Positions 1 through 12,046 of a stretch of DNA of 64,000 nt are shown in pieces. The notes under the pieces were generated by a model, which saw nothing but the letters and a program-made list of their open reading frames with translations, did no database searches and was not told the origin of the DNA. Both the position numbers and the translations under genes were made by a program. The DNA lies in assembly GCA_001643675.2 (NCBI GenBank), contig LSRY02000013.1, forward strand, positions 1,240,001 to 1,304,000. Reading direction: 5' to 3'. Each line of letters opens with the position of its first letter. Position 1 is the stretch's first letter. The stretch comes from Monocercomonoides exilis PA203. Lineage: Eukaryota; Protista; Preaxostyla.

Positions 1-2
1 CA

Positions 3-2531
3 GAGGGAGGAATTCTTGAAATTGTGAATTGCTCATTCACCACAAAACAATTGACGGACGGAGTTAATGCAACTGTTGCAAACATTCCATTTCACATTAT
101 CAACATGGAAAAAGGAGAATTTCAACTTGATGGATGCACAATATCAAATCTCAATCTTCGTGAATCAGCTTTGCATCTTTCATCTTCTCTTCCATCAGTT
201 ATTTATTTATTAACGATTAACAATTCAACAATAGAAACCTCTTTGATAGGTATTAATGAATGTGGACAATTAACAATCAAGGATTTCAATACAGAAAATA
301 TTTCAGTTGAAGGAAATGAAGAATCATTGATATCTTGCTTGACAATGAAAAAGACAGTGCAATTGGCAAATTGCACAATGAGAAAAACAAATTCAAAGAC
401 CACAAAAGGAAAATTGATAAAACTGGAGGATTGTTTGGATGTGAAAATTGATAGTTGCATTTTCGATGGAATGACAAAGGAAAGAAACGAGAAGAATTTG
501 AATATTGAAGAAGAGATATGCAGATGGGAAGGATCTCTTGTGGATATTGTGAAGAGTTCTGTGTTTATGAAAGACATAATATTCTCGAATTCAGCAGAAG
601 GTGGAATAACAATGAGTGGAGGAAATGTGATAATTGAAGCCGGGAATTTATCAAGCAATAATCCATTCATTGAAAAATATCCCTCACTTCGTAGAAACAT
701 CATTTGTTCGGAGTCTGCATCGCTGTCCATTTCCAGCTTGAAAGGAGGAGATGGGTTGATGCCCAATTCTTCTCTTTGGATCCTGAATGATGGATGCATC
801 CTCGAAGGAATTATTGGAGAAAGGCCATCTCCATTTTTCATTCCAAAGCTCGAAGAGGCGTCTCTCATTGATAATGGAAACAATGTTTCAATAAAATTCA
901 AGGGATCTCTTTTTGTGCCATGTGACTTGTCATTCAGACTGGTGTATAAAACAGGGGATGTGGAGTTGGTTGAGACATATCCTTTTGAGGATGATGATTT
1001 TGTATCTGAAGATGAAGTGATTGGAACAATCCCATCAGAAAATATTTCAAAGATCGGAGATGAAACAGAGGTTTCTGTGATGATTCTGTTTGGAAAACAA
1101 TTGGCTGCGACTTCTCCACAGATACTGAAGAACAGAAGTGAGTCCAATGTGAATGGAGATGAAAGGATTTCTGAGGGAGGAAAAGAAGGAAAATCTTATT
1201 TGTTGCTCATTGTTATCATCCTTGTTGTGGTTTTGTTGATTGTTCTTATTGTTTCTGTTATTCTTGCAGTCAGATGGAGAAAGGCAAAGAATGAAAACAA
1301 AGATCTGAGAGAGATTGTGAATGATACTGTGAGAAAAGATCCAAAGCTGATTGAAATGACAACAATGGAGATGTCTCCTGAGGAGCAGTGGAGGAGAGCT
1401 GAGAGAGAGGCTGAGAAGAAGAATGAAGAGAGGATCAAGAAGAGAATATATGATACGAACATGCAACACTCTGAGTCATCAGAGCATTTGCTGGCTGAGA
1501 GCGGATCAACTGAATATATATTGGGGAGAGATTCAGACAAGATTCCTGATTGGGCATTGGAAAAAGTGGAAGAGGAAGAGATTAGAAAGAAAACACCATC
1601 ACCATCAATTTCTTCAACATGTTCAACTGATTCAGATTCAACATTTGTTCGGAGAGAGGATCTGTGCCCAACCACATCATCGATGTCGAATCTGGTGGAT
1701 GCAATGGCCTGTTCATCGCCTCATGAGAAACTGATTGTTGATCTGAGGGATTCGTTGTTTATGTTGTTGCACGGAAGGAATAAGACAAAGGAGATGGCGA
1801 TTGGCACATTGAAGGAGAGGGAACAGACAGCTGCTCAAATCTTGTTCTGTGTGGCTAATCTCTCACTTCACTCGTTTGATGAAATGGAAAGCCCTCTTCA
1901 ATCTCTTGCCAATCTGAGCCCTCACATTGTATTATTCTCGGAGCACATGGTCATCTGCATCGTGATGTATTCAGACTTATTGTCTGATGATGATTCTGAT
2001 TCATCATCGATCTCATCATCAACTGTTGTAACATCTGCAAGTGATAATGATGATGATGACGATGACTCTCTTCTCTCATCTGCCTTTGAGGATGAGGATA
2101 CATTCAAAAAGGAGTGTTTAAGGTGGAAGGCACCGGAACTGTTGATCAACAAGAACATGGAAGCATCAAAAGAGTCGGTTTCATTCTCGATCGGGATGAT
2201 GCTGTGGGAGTGTCTGACACTCCAGATCCCGTTTGGTGATTATGAAGCAGAGGTGGCTGGGCAGAAGATAGTGAATGGTGAGAGGACAGATATGGCTGCA
2301 GTTAGTGGCTCTTCTTTTTGTGAGTTAATAAAGTTGATGGTGAGTGAGAAACAGAGTGCAAGGCCAACACTGAGCGATCTGAAACGAGAATTCATCCAGA
2401 AATTCCCAGCTGGAGCTGTGATTCTCACCGTGTCTGATGCAGTCACAAACCAAGAAGGATCTCGAGAAAAATCAAAAGAGGAGCAATCTGAATCTTTGGA
2501 TTCTTCAGAAATAATGTTTATCAACAGCTAA
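3..2531 (+). CDS. Large single-pass receptor-like protein, 5'-partial: Cys-rich ectodomain, TM helix, TKL-like pseudokinase tail (type A)
   Basis: The frame is open from the window edge (EGGILEIVNC...). TM segment YLLLIVIILVVVLLIVLIVSVILAV is followed by basic RWRKAK. Kinase C-lobe motifs RWKAPE, FSIGMMLWECLTLQIPF and RPTL are present; HRD and DFG are absent. The ectodomain closely matches that of the 57413-64000 gene. Confidence 0.85.
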   Translation, partial: EGGILEIVNCSFTTKQLTDGVNATVANIPFHIINMEKGEFQLDGCTISNLNLRESALHLSSSLPSVIYLLTINNSTIETSLIGINECGQLTIKDFNTENISVEGNEESLISCLTMKKTVQLANCTMRKTNSKTTKGKLIKLEDCLDVKIDSCIFDGMTKERNEKNLNIEEEICRWEGSLVDIVKSSVFMKDIIFSNSAEGGITMSGGNVIIEAGNLSSNNPFIEKYPSLRRNIICSESASLSISSLKGGDGLMPNSSLWILNDGCILEGIIGERPSPFFIPKLEEASLIDNGNNVSIKFKGSLFVPCDLSFRLVYKTGDVELVETYPFEDDDFVSEDEVIGTIPSENISKIGDETEVSVMILFGKQLAATSPQILKNRSESNVNGDERISEGGKEGKSYLLLIVIILVVVLLIVLIVSVILAVRWRKAKNENKDLREIVNDTVRKDPKLIEMTTMEMSPEEQWRRAEREAEKKNEERIKKRIYDTNMQHSESSEHLLAESGSTEYILGRDSDKIPDWALEKVEEEEIRKKTPSPSISSTCSTDSDSTFVRREDLCPTTSSMSNLVDAMACSSPHEKLIVDLRDSLFMLLHGRNKTKEMAIGTLKEREQTAAQILFCVANLSLHSFDEMESPLQSLANLSPHIVLFSEHMVICIVMYSDLLSDDDSDSSSISSSTVVTSASDNDDDDDDSLLSSAFEDEDTFKKECLRWKAPELLINKNMEASKESVSFSIGMMLWECLTLQIPFGDYEAEVAGQKIVNGERTDMAAVSGSSFCELIKLMVSEKQSARPTLSDLKREFIQKFPAGAVILTVSDAVTNQEGSREKSKEEQSESLDSSEIMFINS

Positions 2532-4540
2532 AACACTCCCAACTGAATGAGCCGAGAAATGACCAATATCAAAGTTGAAGTGAAAACCGACGAATAATCA
2601 AGCAAACCATTTTCTATAGGAAAAAAAAGAAATGTTCAACCAAGTATTAAGAGTGAAACCCAGATTGAAAAGGAAGCAGAAATTCCTCTTCAATCTTGTT
2701 TTTTTTTTAGCTCTTCATGAAGTGAATTTGCAATTGGATTATTGCTTCATTGAAAACCTGATTTGGATAATTATCCAAAACATAATCCAAAAATCAATCT
2801 TTGTTTTTTTGACAATTATTCCATGAGACTTTTATTTTGTTTTTCAATTGCATTTGATATAACTTGAAAAAGAGTTTTTTCCTTCTTTTTCTCAACTTTT
2901 TTTCCGGCGGACCTTTGTTGTCATTGCCCTGTAACTCCTCTTCTGTATATTCACAACTTTTGTATTCATGTAACTCAAACATCACAAAATTCAATCTTAC
3001 ACATTTTTGATTTATCCAAAGCCATTTCAATTTGTTTTTAATTTTGAATTCATTCCGTTATAATGATATCTGTGAAGATTTCAACACATTTGAATTTTCT
3101 TTTTCTATGTTTTTCATTCACGGGAGAAGAAATAGAAAAACCTCATCCTTATTGAGAAACATTCTGATTCAAAACTTTTGATTCATAGAAGCATAAAAAG
3201 ACCAAAACTTTCATTTTGAAAAGGATTTAAAAATTTAAAAGATGAAGTATTTGAAGAGATAATTCAATGTTGAAAATGACGAGAACTTTAAAATTTATCC
3301 GAAACTCCAGAAAAATTGAATTGGTGGAATAAACTCTCAGAAATTTTATTTCGAATAAAATCGATCAAAATGATATTTTGATTTGAAGAAAAAAAAAATA
3401 ATACATACATTGGAACATTGCTGCGAATAAGTTTGAACATGTTTTTTAAACAGATTTTGTTTCATTTGCTTCAAATATTTCTTTCTTTGAAATTGTTGAA
3501 ACTTTGTCTTCATTGCATCTTTGAGAGAAAACAGTTTATTACAGAATGGAAAAAAAAATAAAAAGTGAAATTCATCATCTCCTTCAATTTCAATGAGCGA
3601 AAACCACATTGTTATTTTCAATTTGATCAACCCAAACTTCTTTCAAAAAAGAATGTTCAATATCATATATGAGAATGCAACTCACCAAAGACAGTGTGAT
3701 AATGTCAATGTATTGAAGAAATTCCTTTGACATCATTGTCTTTGTCAAATGCAATCAGTCCTCTATTCCATTTTATTTCGTCCTTGAATGAAAGTGGTGG
3801 AAGAAAAAGAAAAGATAAATCCCATATGCATTAAGAATTATTTGTCACTAATATGTGTCCTCCTTGGCAACAGTTGTTTATTCAAAGAAATAAACAGAAA
3901 AAATCAACAGCATTTTATCATTTTTCAACAATCTCAATCTCTCTTTCACATTCATATCCTTATCAACTTTTCGATTTCTTCAAAGTCAACATCATCATCC
4001 AAATCGCATTTTCGTTTAAGTTTGTTTTTTTCCTGTCTTTATCCAAAAATTGAACAATTGCTTTAACGAATGATGTTTTCAATTATTCACTTTATAAAAG
4101 GAAATGATCAATTTTGATTGTCATTCCAATAAGCATCTTATTCATTCATTCACTTATTTCTCTTTCTCTCTCATCACTTTTAAAGCACCACACTCTATTC
4201 CTTCCTTTGCATCATTTTCTCATCCCCTTCTCTCAATATCCTTCTCTCTTCATTTTCCCATCTTTTTCAATCTTTTCTTTCTTTTCTTTCTTTTCTCAAC
4301 GATATCCATTTCCACTCCTTATTCCTCCTCCAATGTTTCTCTTTCTAACTCACTCACTTCTTCATCGAGTCTGTTTATTTTTCCACAAACACTTGTAGGG
4401 TAATAATTTTATCTTGACCTATTTTAAAAAAGACATTATATCGTCTTATTAAAAACTTTTCCTTCAATTTCGTATTTTTAAAGAATTTTTCGCATATATA
4501 TGAATTCAATTGATTTTAATGAATACATGTTGAAACAAAC

Positions 4541-4623
4541 CCAATTTCGCATGGGAGGGAGATGGGGGGGGGGGGGGGGGGGGGGGGGTTAAGCCCCTTC
4601 ATTGAACTTCTGTGTGGAATTGG
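4541..4623 (+). other. Nested stem-loop containing a 25-nt G run in the transposon 5' region
   Basis: CCAATTTCGCATGGGAG (4541-4557) pairs with CTTCTGTGTGGAATTGG (4607-4623) when G-U pairs are allowed. The inner G run 4564-4588 can pair with AAGCCCCTTCAT. Confidence 0.5.
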
Positions 4624-4801
4624 AGGGTTGCATGGGGCATAAAACCTTAAGCTTGTTAAAAAATGTTATTTTTTGATTTTTTTTCATTTCATTTCAATTA
4701 AAAAAATAAAAAATTATTATGATCTTAAAAATATTATTAAAAAAATGAAAATATCAACAGAAATAAAATTAAAAGAAGGTCAGAAAAAATTACAGAGAGC
4801 A

Positions 4802-6388
4802 ATGTCTTCGCGCAAGGATAGAAAATACAACAGTCGGCTGGAGCGAATGGCTCACATCGTTGTTGATGGAGTTGTTCGTATAACTGATGCCATTAATTCC
4901 AAGGAATTCAGCCGTCCAGGTATCAAAAATGAAGTTAGAGCGATGAGAAAAGGAAGCCTGGTTGGAAAAGTTGGCAGACCTGCAGCAGTCGTTGGCGAAA
5001 AGGAACAAAGAGTTTTGGATATTATTCACATTGAAGCAAAGTCTGGAACATGTTTAACTTTAAGAAAAACAAGAGAATTGGTTTGCTTTATTTTTATTTA
5101 TATGTTTTTATTATTTGTTTTTCAGATAGAAAATGTTATAAACGACAACGATGATGAAGACGCACCATTTGCTGAAGTTTCAATGTCTGCTACGTACAGC
5201 TTTGTCAAGCGTCATCCTGAGCTGATGACTGGAACGCTGAAGAATTTGGACATCAATAGACTGGCTGTTTCGTACAGAAGTGTTTCAAAACCCTGGTGCA
5301 AAACACTCAACGCGTTGCATGAAAAGTTCCATTATAATCCAGCTTTGATGATAAATGTCGATGAATCTTCAACGCGCGTTCCTACAGATTCAAAACAGCT
5401 TGTTGTGCATTCATCAGACACAAAAGCAGGTTTTTCGAGTGAGACACCGAGAATGATAAATTCCACATTCGTGGCAGCTGTTACAGCAGATGGATATGCC
5501 TTTCCTTCTGTCATTTTGTGTCCAAGTGCAAAGCTGCCAGAAGAGCTGAAAAGCCTCAAATCTCCAACGCTTGAGATATGGGCAAATGGAAGCGGCTGGA
5601 TGGATAACGAGTGCTTAAAAATGTCTGCTCTCACCAATCATCTTTTTTTGATTGTCAAAAGAAGAAAGCACATGTTATTTGAAAATGAACGTATTCTTCT
5701 CCTTCTTGATTCTCATGCATCTCGCGCAGATCCATCTATCTGGCGAGAATTCCAAAAACAACAAGTCGACGTTTTAACCTTCGTGCCACACAGCACACAT
5801 CTCTGTCAACCACTGGACAGAGGAGTGTTTGCAGTGTTCAAATTTGAATTAACAAACAGATTTGAAGCTCCACATTCCTCTTCATCTTCCTCCAAACGAG
5901 CGGAAATTTCTTTCGTTCTGCCTCAAGCCATCCACACTGCATCATCTCCTTCTGTAATTCAGAAAGCTTTCGTCTGCAGTGGTGTTCTTCACAATTCTTC
6001 TGGGAAAGTTCTTTTGAAACTGCCAGAATCATCAATTTTCCCTCTTCCATCCCGAAGAAATAGATTCAACTTTTATGGAAAAGTGATAACCTACGAAAAT
6101 CTTTTAGAGAAATGGGAAAATCATTTGAAAATGAATATTGAAAGGAAAAATGAAATGGATGAAAATGAGAAAGTTGAAGTGAAGACTGTTGTGGATGAAA
6201 AGAAAAAAATAAAAAGAAAAAGTCTCCATGTGAAAAACGATGAATCTGACGATGAAAAGAAAGATCATGCATTAAATCGAGGTGAAGGAAAAAGAAAAGT
6301 TATCAGAAGAATTAATTCTGATTTTGTTTTCTTTTCATTTTGTTGTTTTTTTGAATTTTTTTCACTTCATTTTTTTGGGTCAGAATAA
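4802..6388 (+). CDS. DDE_1/pogo-type transposase with a 45-nt intron (5081-5125)
   Basis: Catalytic motifs INVDES, LLLDSH and THLCQPLD, with 35 residues between the 2nd and 3rd Asp. N-terminal GRP/HTH-like region. The in-frame GT..AG intron reads as VCFIFIYMFLLFVFQ. The start could instead be the ATG at 4745. Confidence 0.85.
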   Translation: MSSRKDRKYNSRLERMAHIVVDGVVRITDAINSKEFSRPGIKNEVRAMRKGSLVGKVGRPAAVVGEKEQRVLDIIHIEAKSGTCLTLRKTRELVCFIFIYMFLLFVFQIENVINDNDDEDAPFAEVSMSATYSFVKRHPELMTGTLKNLDINRLAVSYRSVSKPWCKTLNALHEKFHYNPALMINVDESSTRVPTDSKQLVVHSSDTKAGFSSETPRMINSTFVAAVTADGYAFPSVILCPSAKLPEELKSLKSPTLEIWANGSGWMDNECLKMSALTNHLFLIVKRRKHMLFENERILLLLDSHASRADPSIWREFQKQQVDVLTFVPHSTHLCQPLDRGVFAVFKFELTNRFEAPHSSSSSSKRAEISFVLPQAIHTASSPSVIQKAFVCSGVLHNSSGKVLLKLPESSIFPLPSRRNRFNFYGKVITYENLLEKWENHLKMNIERKNEMDENEKVEVKTVVDEKKKIKRKSLHVKNDESDDEKKDHALNRGEGKRKVIRRINSDFVFFSFCCFFEFFSLHFFGSE

Positions 6389-7969
6389 AGAAAAAGGGTC
6401 AGGATAAAATTATAACCCTAAATGCAAATCTCTCTCCATTCCCAACGAGATAATCCTGTTTGATGGAATATTCAAATCAACAAAGTTTTATCCATTATCG
6501 TTGCAACTGTCCCAATAACAACAATTTAAATACCATTGTTTATTTGTGATTTTTCAACAAAAATGGAAAACAAACGATTGTCACAATATTTCCCGTTAAG
6601 TTATCAAGAAATCAATAAGTGAAAACAAATAATTGTCAAGGCCAAATCTTTTTTTTATTATGAATCCTTTTTTTTCAAAACTCACTCAAATACTGTGATA
6701 GCAGCCTTTTAATCTTTTCCTTGGAACTTGTTGAATTGAAAATTAATATATTTCATTGTTAACCTTGTGAATGTGTTCTGAGCATTTGCCAAGTGAAAAA
6801 ATTGAATTGTTTTCTTTCTCTGAACAAAAAAACAACCATTTCTCCATTTATCAGTTGTGAAAACGTATCCTGAGAAAAAATGTCTTCTTCACAGACGATT
6901 AATGAAATAAAGTTTAACTCTCATTCGTTATCCAAATCAGTCACACAAAAATCTGTGGTTAATAAGCAGTAACCTTATCAGAAATTTTCACTGAATTGCA
7001 GACCCCATCGAGATTCGATGAAGCAGAAGGATAAGCAGAAATGAAATCAGAAGTTGAAAAATATGGAATTTGAGCATAAATGCTGATTGAGCTCGAACTT
7101 GAGACATTCCCTTCCAAAATGCTGATTTTTCAAAATGTTATGAGATTCTGAATTTCGACAAATTTTGAAGACAAAGGATAATTTTTTAAAACCGCATGTA
7201 AAATAGCTGATGCACTTTATAATTTATTCTTTTGATAGTCGCCCTGCAATGCTTCTTATTTGAAGTGTTTCTTCCTGATATAAAGCTGTGAATATATTTT
7301 TCCCATAAAAAAACAATTTGAAGTTGTATTATTTCAATCAAAGATCAACGAAATTTTCGTTTTTAAAATTTTTATTTTTTGACAACTCATTATTCGAAAT
7401 ATAACTTGTCTTATTTTGAATAAAAAGAGACAAATTTTCAGTCGTTTTAAAAAGTTTCATTTCATTTTTTTTCTATTGTTTTTTCAATTTATGTTTTGAT
7501 ATTTGGATAACGTTTATAAGAAAAAATGTGATCGAAATCATATAAAAGAATAAGTTGCAATCTTGAATTTCTGAAATATTAAAAGTTGGTTATGATATTT
7601 TCAATCAAAAGCTGGCAAGTGGAGTAGATCCTGGTACCAATGAGATCCTACCAACCATTTTCATAATTTTCATTTTTTAAAAATCTCTTCCAGGGTTAAC
7701 ACTAACCCTAATTTTGCTCCGTAAAACCCTTAATCACAACAATATCCAATGTTAACTTGTTTAATTCGTCAAAATCCTAAAACCTAATAAACACAATAAG
7801 AATATATCAAAGACTTTTTGTTATTAAGGGCATTGATCATGTGATACCATGATCTTTTCCATTTACCCAAAAGCTTGACAAATTTGGAAAATTTGAAACT
7901 ATCATATGTGTGATTTTTAATGAGATCATAAGATCGTTGTGTCGTTGATCTTTCATAAGAAACTTTTGT

Positions 7970-8502
7970 GGCATAGGTGAAATTTGGACCACTTTCATTT
8001 TGCACTTTTTCAAATTTTGAATATTATGGTGTTAATCTACATAATTAAATCAAGCGATTCAAGGAGGGAAATTTCGAAATTCGATCAAAAAATTTTCAAC
8101 AGAATTTTCAATTTTGGAGACCCATAATATTTTTATGTTGATCACTGCAAACTTAAAATTCGATTTCTTGGCTCCTAAAAGTTCAAATGTGTTTATTAAT
8201 TCAATTATACAAGTAAAAATATAGTGTTTAATGTTTGTCAAGATGTTTTTCCCTCTATATTATTTTTTATGTTGCTAATTCTTAAAAATAAGGTTATAAA
8301 AATTTACACAAGCATTCGTGCAGTTATTGATTTTCACTTTTAAGAAAAATAGATGACAACTTTATTGAAATGGATGTGCATGTTTGATTGTTGAATATTA
8401 TTTTTAATTATGAGATTTTCATTGGTACTTAATAATTTTTGATTTATATTTCATGAAAAGCATCGGATTCGTTGGAACTGAGATGAAACTCCGTTTATGA
8501 AA
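7970..8502 (+). repeat. Left inverted arm of element A
   Basis: Reverse complement of 13791-14323. The nearly identical 60-aa ORFs at 8059-8241(-) and 14052-14234(+) reflect this repeat. Confidence 0.95.
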
Positions 8503-9830
8503 TGATGAAAGTGTACATATATTTATGAGATTGTGTTAATATTGTTCGAGAAATGAACGATTCAGGCAGAATATTTGAACGATAGAAATATTAAAGGAAG
8601 CAGTAAAGAGAAGTTAAAGTCCGTTGCAATATGTCTGGGAGAAGAATGAGAGATAAAAGCTACACAAGCTGATGATTGGATGTGCTGCGATGCTGAGAAG
8701 AAAGATGCTCAGAGCTGATGGGAGTGACAATGAAAACAAAGGGTGTTGCACAAAGTTAGACGTGAATACTGGAGCTTGGTTATTGAGCTTGGTATTAATG
8801 GAAAGTCGGGCGAAGAGGATTACGAAGATGAATTATGGATTGCAGATATTGTGATGAGAAAATGAAATGGGGTGAGGAGTGTTTGCAGGTGTGATGATTA
8901 CACGCTTGGAAATGTTGTTGGCGATGTTGAAGGAGGTGACAGATACTATGTGTTTTGGAGCAGAAAGGATGAGAAAAGTAGACAGAAGAAATGAAAGAGA
9001 ATGGTGAGAGGCAGGCTGTGGGGAGTGAGGATGAAGCTGAGGAAAGGGTGATGGATGGACATATGCCCCATGGAGCAGATGTGTTTGTTGAGTTAGGTTG
9101 AGGGGCAGTTTTTTTATTGGAAGGGAGAGGAAAGAAGAGGGAGATGGAGAACATATGGAGGGTGTGTTGCTTGTTGTAACAAAAGAAGGAAAGTGAAGGA
9201 AAGGATGGAATTTGAATGATATAATGCACAGAGTGGATGGAAATTTATTCGAAAATTTACAAATAAATAGTTTTGTGAATTTTTTTGAGAGATTTCAAAC
9301 TCTGTATTCTCTGTTTTTTCTCCTCCACATTTTTGTTTACTTTTTCATTTCATATTTTTTCATTCATTGATGTTTGCAGTTTATTGTTGTTCGTGCAAAA
9401 TTATTATTTTCTTGTTTTTGACAAAGTTTTCACAACAAGCTCGATTATAACTATGTATAAATGTTTTATTATAGCTTTGCAAAGCTGCTGACCTTTGCAA
9501 ACGCATTTATAAAAGAAATGAGTGTGAATTAGCAAAAACTTGCTTGAATATAAAGCAATTGGTTCAATTATTCATCATTTTTAAAGTTTTTAAAAAGAAA
9601 AGAGAAATAAATAGCAATGAATAAACAGCGCATTTAATTAATTGGTAAAAAATCACAAAGCTGGTTCAAAAAAGATCTTCTTCCCAAATCACGAATTATG
9701 TGTCACTATCTACGTGTGTGATTCGATATTTGTGCTGCAGCGTCTGAATCGACTTTTTTTTCTTCAATAGCAATTACTGCAAACTGTGGTCAAGTGTGAA
9801 CAAATAACAATTCCACGATAGGACTCTTTA

Positions 9831-12044
9831 AGACATGGACAAAACCCGGGAATGTCTAATGAAAAACTCAAAAAAGAAAAAGTGAATAAATGAAATTGAT
9901 ATTGAGAATAACAAACGCTTTCATATTGCTCTTCAATTATTCGATGCTATCATTTTTTGAAAATATGAAAATTCAGATTTTTTTTAATAGAATGTTAGGA
10001 TAAAAAAGCCATTATGTTTGCTTTTTCTTGCAATATGTCTTCTTTTCATTCTTCATCGGAACTTTCAGAGGTTTTAGCCACTGCAGAATATAGAAAATTA
10101 AATTCAAAAGTAGAAAAAAATTAATTTTCTTCTTTCAAGAAAAGAGATTACACATAAAAGCATAATTTCATCTGGCTCAGTTTCTTCTTCAGCTCTATAT
10201 CGACATATCTCTTCTTTAAATCAGGGAAGAGATCTCCAACACAATGGCAGACCCAATTTGTTCAACAAAGATGAACAAGAAGAAATAGAAGACTGTGCCA
10301 AATCTCTTTTTCTTTCAACGGATAAAATTTCATTCAAAGATATCATCAAAATAGTTTGGTTTTTGTTTAAAAATATAAATTAACCTTTAATGATGTTGTA
10401 TTTTCAGGATGAACACGTCTTGCAAAGAAAAAATCGAAAAAAGGATGACAACAGCGAATTGGCAGAAATTAATGAAAAATTTGCAAGACGGTTCATTTAA
10501 AGAAGCAATGCCTTGCAAATGGAAAAACCAAAATCCATTGATGTGAAAAGGTTGCTTGCATCTTCAATGGAAAACATTTCAGCGTGGTTTTCATTGCTGG
10601 GGGACACAATAAGAACGAACAAAATTTGCTCCGATCTAATATTAAATATAGACGAAACAGGAGTCAGTTTGTGTCAATCTGATAACGATTTCGTAATCAA
10701 ACGATCAGATCAAGAAGACCCAATGTTGCACTCCCAACATCATCAGCCCAACGAAACATTGGTTTTCGGAGTGTTTGCAGATGGATCTTCTATTAATCCA
10801 GTGATGCTTTGGTCCTCAAAAACTGAACCAAAAGATCTTGCAGTATTAAAGTATCATCGACTTGAAATAGTTGCCAACGGAAGCTGGTGGATGACAAAAA
10901 ATGACTTTGAAAAATTCATGATGAAAAACATATTACCAACAGTTAACAAAAAAAGAGTTGAACTTCATGGATCGGAAGCATCGGCGCTAATTATAATGGA
11001 TGGGCATTCGTCGAGGCTTTGCTTGCCTGTTATCACATGGTGTCGTGAACATTCAATCGAAATTATTATTCTTCCTTCGCACACCACACACTTGACACAA
11101 CCGCTTAATCGGTATGTGTTTGCGCGATTCAAAAAAAGACTGTATTCATCTTTTCAGCCTCCAACCGAAAGCGGAATATCGTCATATCGAAAAGCTCTTG
11201 TGCCAACATTGGCAGATGCTGTGAGTGCTGCGTAAAAACCTAGAACTATCAAAAAATCGTTCAACGCTTGCGGGATTGAGCCATTTGATCCATCAATTGT
11301 TTAAGACCGACTGCCCAATCAGTCTTCAATTACAAAAATATCTTCAATTAGTTCATCGGAACATGCTCCAAATGGAGTCTTTAACATGAAAGTTTAAACA
11401 AGTGATGATTTTGTTCAGGAGAACGAACAAAGTGAAAAAGGTTTGAAAATTTTTATAAAATTTGAATGAAATGATCATCGAGTTTATTCTTATTTTATTG
11501 TTCCGAGAAAAAGATAAAAGTGAATTGTGTAACTTGAAAAACAGTCTGAAAAAGCAAATGTCAGAGAGGAAAGCAAACGAGGATAAATGCGATGAGAAAA
11601 CAAAATTCAAGAGGTCAGAACAAACTCGTGAAGAAGAAATAGATGAATCTTTTTTGTTTTCAGGAGAAAAACGAAAAAGAAATCAAGTGTCCGAAAAAAA
11701 ATGGGGAAAACTATTTTATTTCAGCTGAAAGCGTCTTTTCTTTTCAAACAATTTTGTTTTGCAACTTGATAATAGAATTTTTTTTCATTTTGTTCGATTA
11801 TTTTTATATGGTTTCATATCAGCCAATGTAACTTTTCGATAGTGATTTTGAATGCTCGTTTCATTTATAATCAAGAAAAACTTATATAAAAAACATCGCA
11901 TGAATATTTTGACAAATATATATTTATTTTTGTTAATTCAAAAAAAAAAAAAAGAAATCAGGAAGTGGAGTCAATTGTTGAAATACTTTTCAATTGATTG
12001 GACATTCCCGGGTTTTGTCCGTTTCCCGGGTTTTGTCCATGTCT
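9831..12044 (+). mobile_element. Degenerate pogo-like transposon nested in element A
   Basis: Left TIR AGACATGGACAAAACCCGGGAA at 9831; right end TTCCCGGGTTTTGTCCATGTCT ending at 12044. TA on the left, TT on the right. Confidence 0.8.
10035..11330 (+). pseudogene. Disrupted DDE_1 transposase
   Basis: Motifs LNIDETG, IMDGHSSR and THLTQPLN (3rd Asp replaced by Asn). In-frame stops at 10498 and 11233. Intron-like GT..AG at 10354-10407. Confidence 0.8.
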
Positions 12045-12046
12045 TT

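Larger units (their letters stand above)
4398..6418 (+). mobile_element. pogo-like (Tc1/mariner superfamily, DD35D) DNA transposon, apparently complete
   Basis: 22-bp TIRs GGGTAATAATTTTATCTTGACC (4398-4419) and GGTCAGGATAAAATTATAACCC (6397-6418), 2 mismatches. Flanking TA at 4396-97 and 6419-20. Encloses a DDE_1-type ORF. Confidence 0.9.

Noticed and set aside
2600-4390. Decayed receptor paralog on the minus strand (also 6421-7300)
   Set aside because: Only faint peptide resemblance is visible (e.g. FSLIEIEGDD vs LWEIELVGGE); it cannot be supported without a translated search.
7692-7709. AGGGTTA-ACAC-TAACCCT hairpin as a telomeric seed or element end
   Set aside because: It has only one unit per arm and no partner end was found in the window.
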